DNA of 64,000 nucleotides from an uncultured delta proteobacterium. Lineage in GTDB: Bacteria > Desulfobacterota > Binatia > UBA9968. The position numbers and the translations under genes are program-made. A model generated the notes under the pieces. The model saw nothing but the letters and a program-made list of their open reading frames with translations, ran no database searches and was not told the origin of the DNA. This document shows positions 62,583 to 64,000 of the stretch, in pieces; positions within the stretch are counted from its first letter, which is position 1, and the number at the start of each line of letters is the position of its first letter. The DNA is taken from positions 32,001 to 96,000 of the forward strand of contig CAVWLW010000032.1 in the NCBI GenBank assembly GCA_963755715.1, given 5' to 3'.

Positions 62583-63596
62583 CTAGGATTTTGGCGCCCC
62601 GAAAATATTCCGGAAGAGCTCGTTGTATCGGTTGAAGTCTTCGCCCGCGCCGATGTCGTCGATGACGTAGTTTAGCTTATCGATGCCTTGAGCCGTTGTC
62701 GGTATGCCGCGTCGTGTCGGCACGCGGCCGAAGGAAGCGATGATCTTTTGACCTTCCTCGCCGAGCATGAAATCGATGTACAGCCTTGCCGCATTGGGAT
62801 GAGCGGCCTTGGAGCCAACGCCGATTGGTTGAAACTTGGTAAAAACCGGATCCTGCGTAACCCAATCCACCGGCGCGCTTTTACGCTTGGCGTCTTCGAC
62901 ATTGTGCAAATAGGTGTTCAGCACGAGAGGAAACTCGCCTGCGGCCAGAAGGCCGGTCAGAATGGTCAGGCCCGAGTATAGCTTGAATTCCTGGGCGCCG
63001 AGTTTTTTCATGTAAGCCAACCCCTTTTCTTCTCCCATGCGCTTGACCTTCCAGGAAAACCATTCGGGCTTGGAATGATCCATGCCGATCTTGCCCTTCC
63101 ATTTCGGATGCAACAATTCTTCATCGGACTTGGGCACCTCGTTGCGCTTGACCAGGCGCGTGTTGTAGCCGATCACGTTCGGCATCATGTAGACCGCCGC
63201 CCAATATCCGTCGGGATCGAAGAACGGTTTTTGGATATTTTTCACTTCGGGCGAAACATACTTGGCAAGCAAGTTCTTTCTTTTGAGAAAATAGGCTTGG
63301 GTCTCGGCGGACTGAACGACATCGAAATCATACTTGCCGGCTTGCGCCTCGGCCATGATCTTGGTCAGCAAGCGTTCGCCGACGGCGCGAAACATGGAGG
63401 GTTGGATAAACGGATATTTGGCTTTAAAGGCGTCATTCAGTTTCTGCGCCTGGTCGACTGTCATCGAGGTGTAGATTACCAACGCGCCTTCTTTTTTGGC
63501 GCCTTGAATGAACGCCTCGTCGCTAGCGCGGACTTCGGCACTGATAATAAAAAACATCGTCAGTGCCACGAAAAAAAATCCACGACTTACGCGCAT
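62583..63596 (-). CDS. Extracellular solute-binding protein (Fe3+/thiamine ABC family)
   Basis: GAKKEGALVIYTS, GYNTRLV, HPKWKGK and HPNAARLYIDF. Confidence 0.85.
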   Translation of the reverse strand: MRVSRGFFFVALTMFFIISAEVRASDEAFIQGAKKEGALVIYTSMTVDQAQKLNDAFKAKYPFIQPSMFRAVGERLLTKIMAEAQAGKYDFDVVQSAETQAYFLKRKNLLAKYVSPEVKNIQKPFFDPDGYWAAVYMMPNVIGYNTRLVKRNEVPKSDEELLHPKWKGKIGMDHSKPEWFSWKVKRMGEEKGLAYMKKLGAQEFKLYSGLTILTGLLAAGEFPLVLNTYLHNVEDAKRKSAPVDWVTQDPVFTKFQPIGVGSKAAHPNAARLYIDFMLGEEGQKIIASFGRVPTRRGIPTTAQGIDKLNYVIDDIGAGEDFNRYNELFRNIFGAPKS

Positions 63597-63727
63597 GATC
63601 ACACCTCGAAATAGAATCGAGGCGAATAGTATCAAGCGGCGGTGAAGAGCGTCAACCGGTTAGACCGAATAGGCAGATTTGTTCGCGTCGCGGCGGAGAA
63701 GGTCGCCGAATTAAATCAGCTCGGTGA

Positions 63728-64000
63728 TCAATTTTCCGGACATTTGCCGGTGGTGAGGTGGGCTGCGAAATCGGCGGGAAAAAGTTTTAGTGCGCTCTCG
63801 ATCGGCGGACCGGGCATCCCGATGAGGCTACAAAACCCTTTGCCTTTATTGAAGGCCAGTATTTTTCCGAACTGCTCTAAGATCGGCTGACCGCCTTGTC
63901 CCGCCTGGACTTTCTTTAGCATCATCGTCAGTGTGCTGGTCTCCATGCGACAGGCGGGACATTGGCCGCAGGATTCCGCGGTGAAAAATTCCGAAATCTT
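63728..64000 (-). CDS. C-terminus of a NuoF-like NADH-binding/4Fe-4S subunit (partial)
   Basis: FFTAESCGQCPACR...GFCSLI...GKCP matches the NuoF CxxCxxC...C cluster motif. Confidence 0.75.
   Translation of the reverse strand, partial: KISEFFTAESCGQCPACRMETSTLTMMLKKVQAGQGGQPILEQFGKILAFNKGKGFCSLIGMPGPPIESALKLFPADFAAHLTTGKCPEN

Overview
GC-rich bacterial chromosome segment. The gene style (many orphan NMT1-type and Fe-type solute-binding proteins, amidohydrolases, TPP enzymes) suggests Candidatus Binatia or a related 'Deltaproteobacteria' lineage; this is an inference. Many single-base indels split genes, which is typical of an incompletely polished long-read assembly. Most of the window is catabolic or transport genes: 13 solute-binding proteins with only one permease pair, two tandem E1 alpha/beta pairs, three dienelactone hydrolases, a D-aminoacylase and aat. 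The accessory part lies directly downstream of a two-domain thyX gene (about 5.6-13.9 kb). The 3' end of thyX occurs three times: 5428-5602 in the gene, a near-synonymous copy at 6917-7090 and a decayed copy at about 13790-13906. These copies delimit stacked cargo blocks, and no integrase is visible. The cargo includes an ArsR gene flanked by 31-bp operator-like repeats, orphan antitoxins, and an E2-only CBASS locus (patatin effector, CD-NTase ending in Gly, E2/SEC-C protein) with a divergent CapH/CapP-like HTH plus metallopeptidase pair. Also present: a FabF/methyltransferase/FAD-oxidoreductase cluster, a GxxExxY element with inverted repeats, a MITE, REP-like repeats, three sigma54-type promoters in front of short hypothetical genes, and a small protein with a canonical C2H2 zinc-finger pattern. 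No rRNA, tRNA or CRISPR array was seen.
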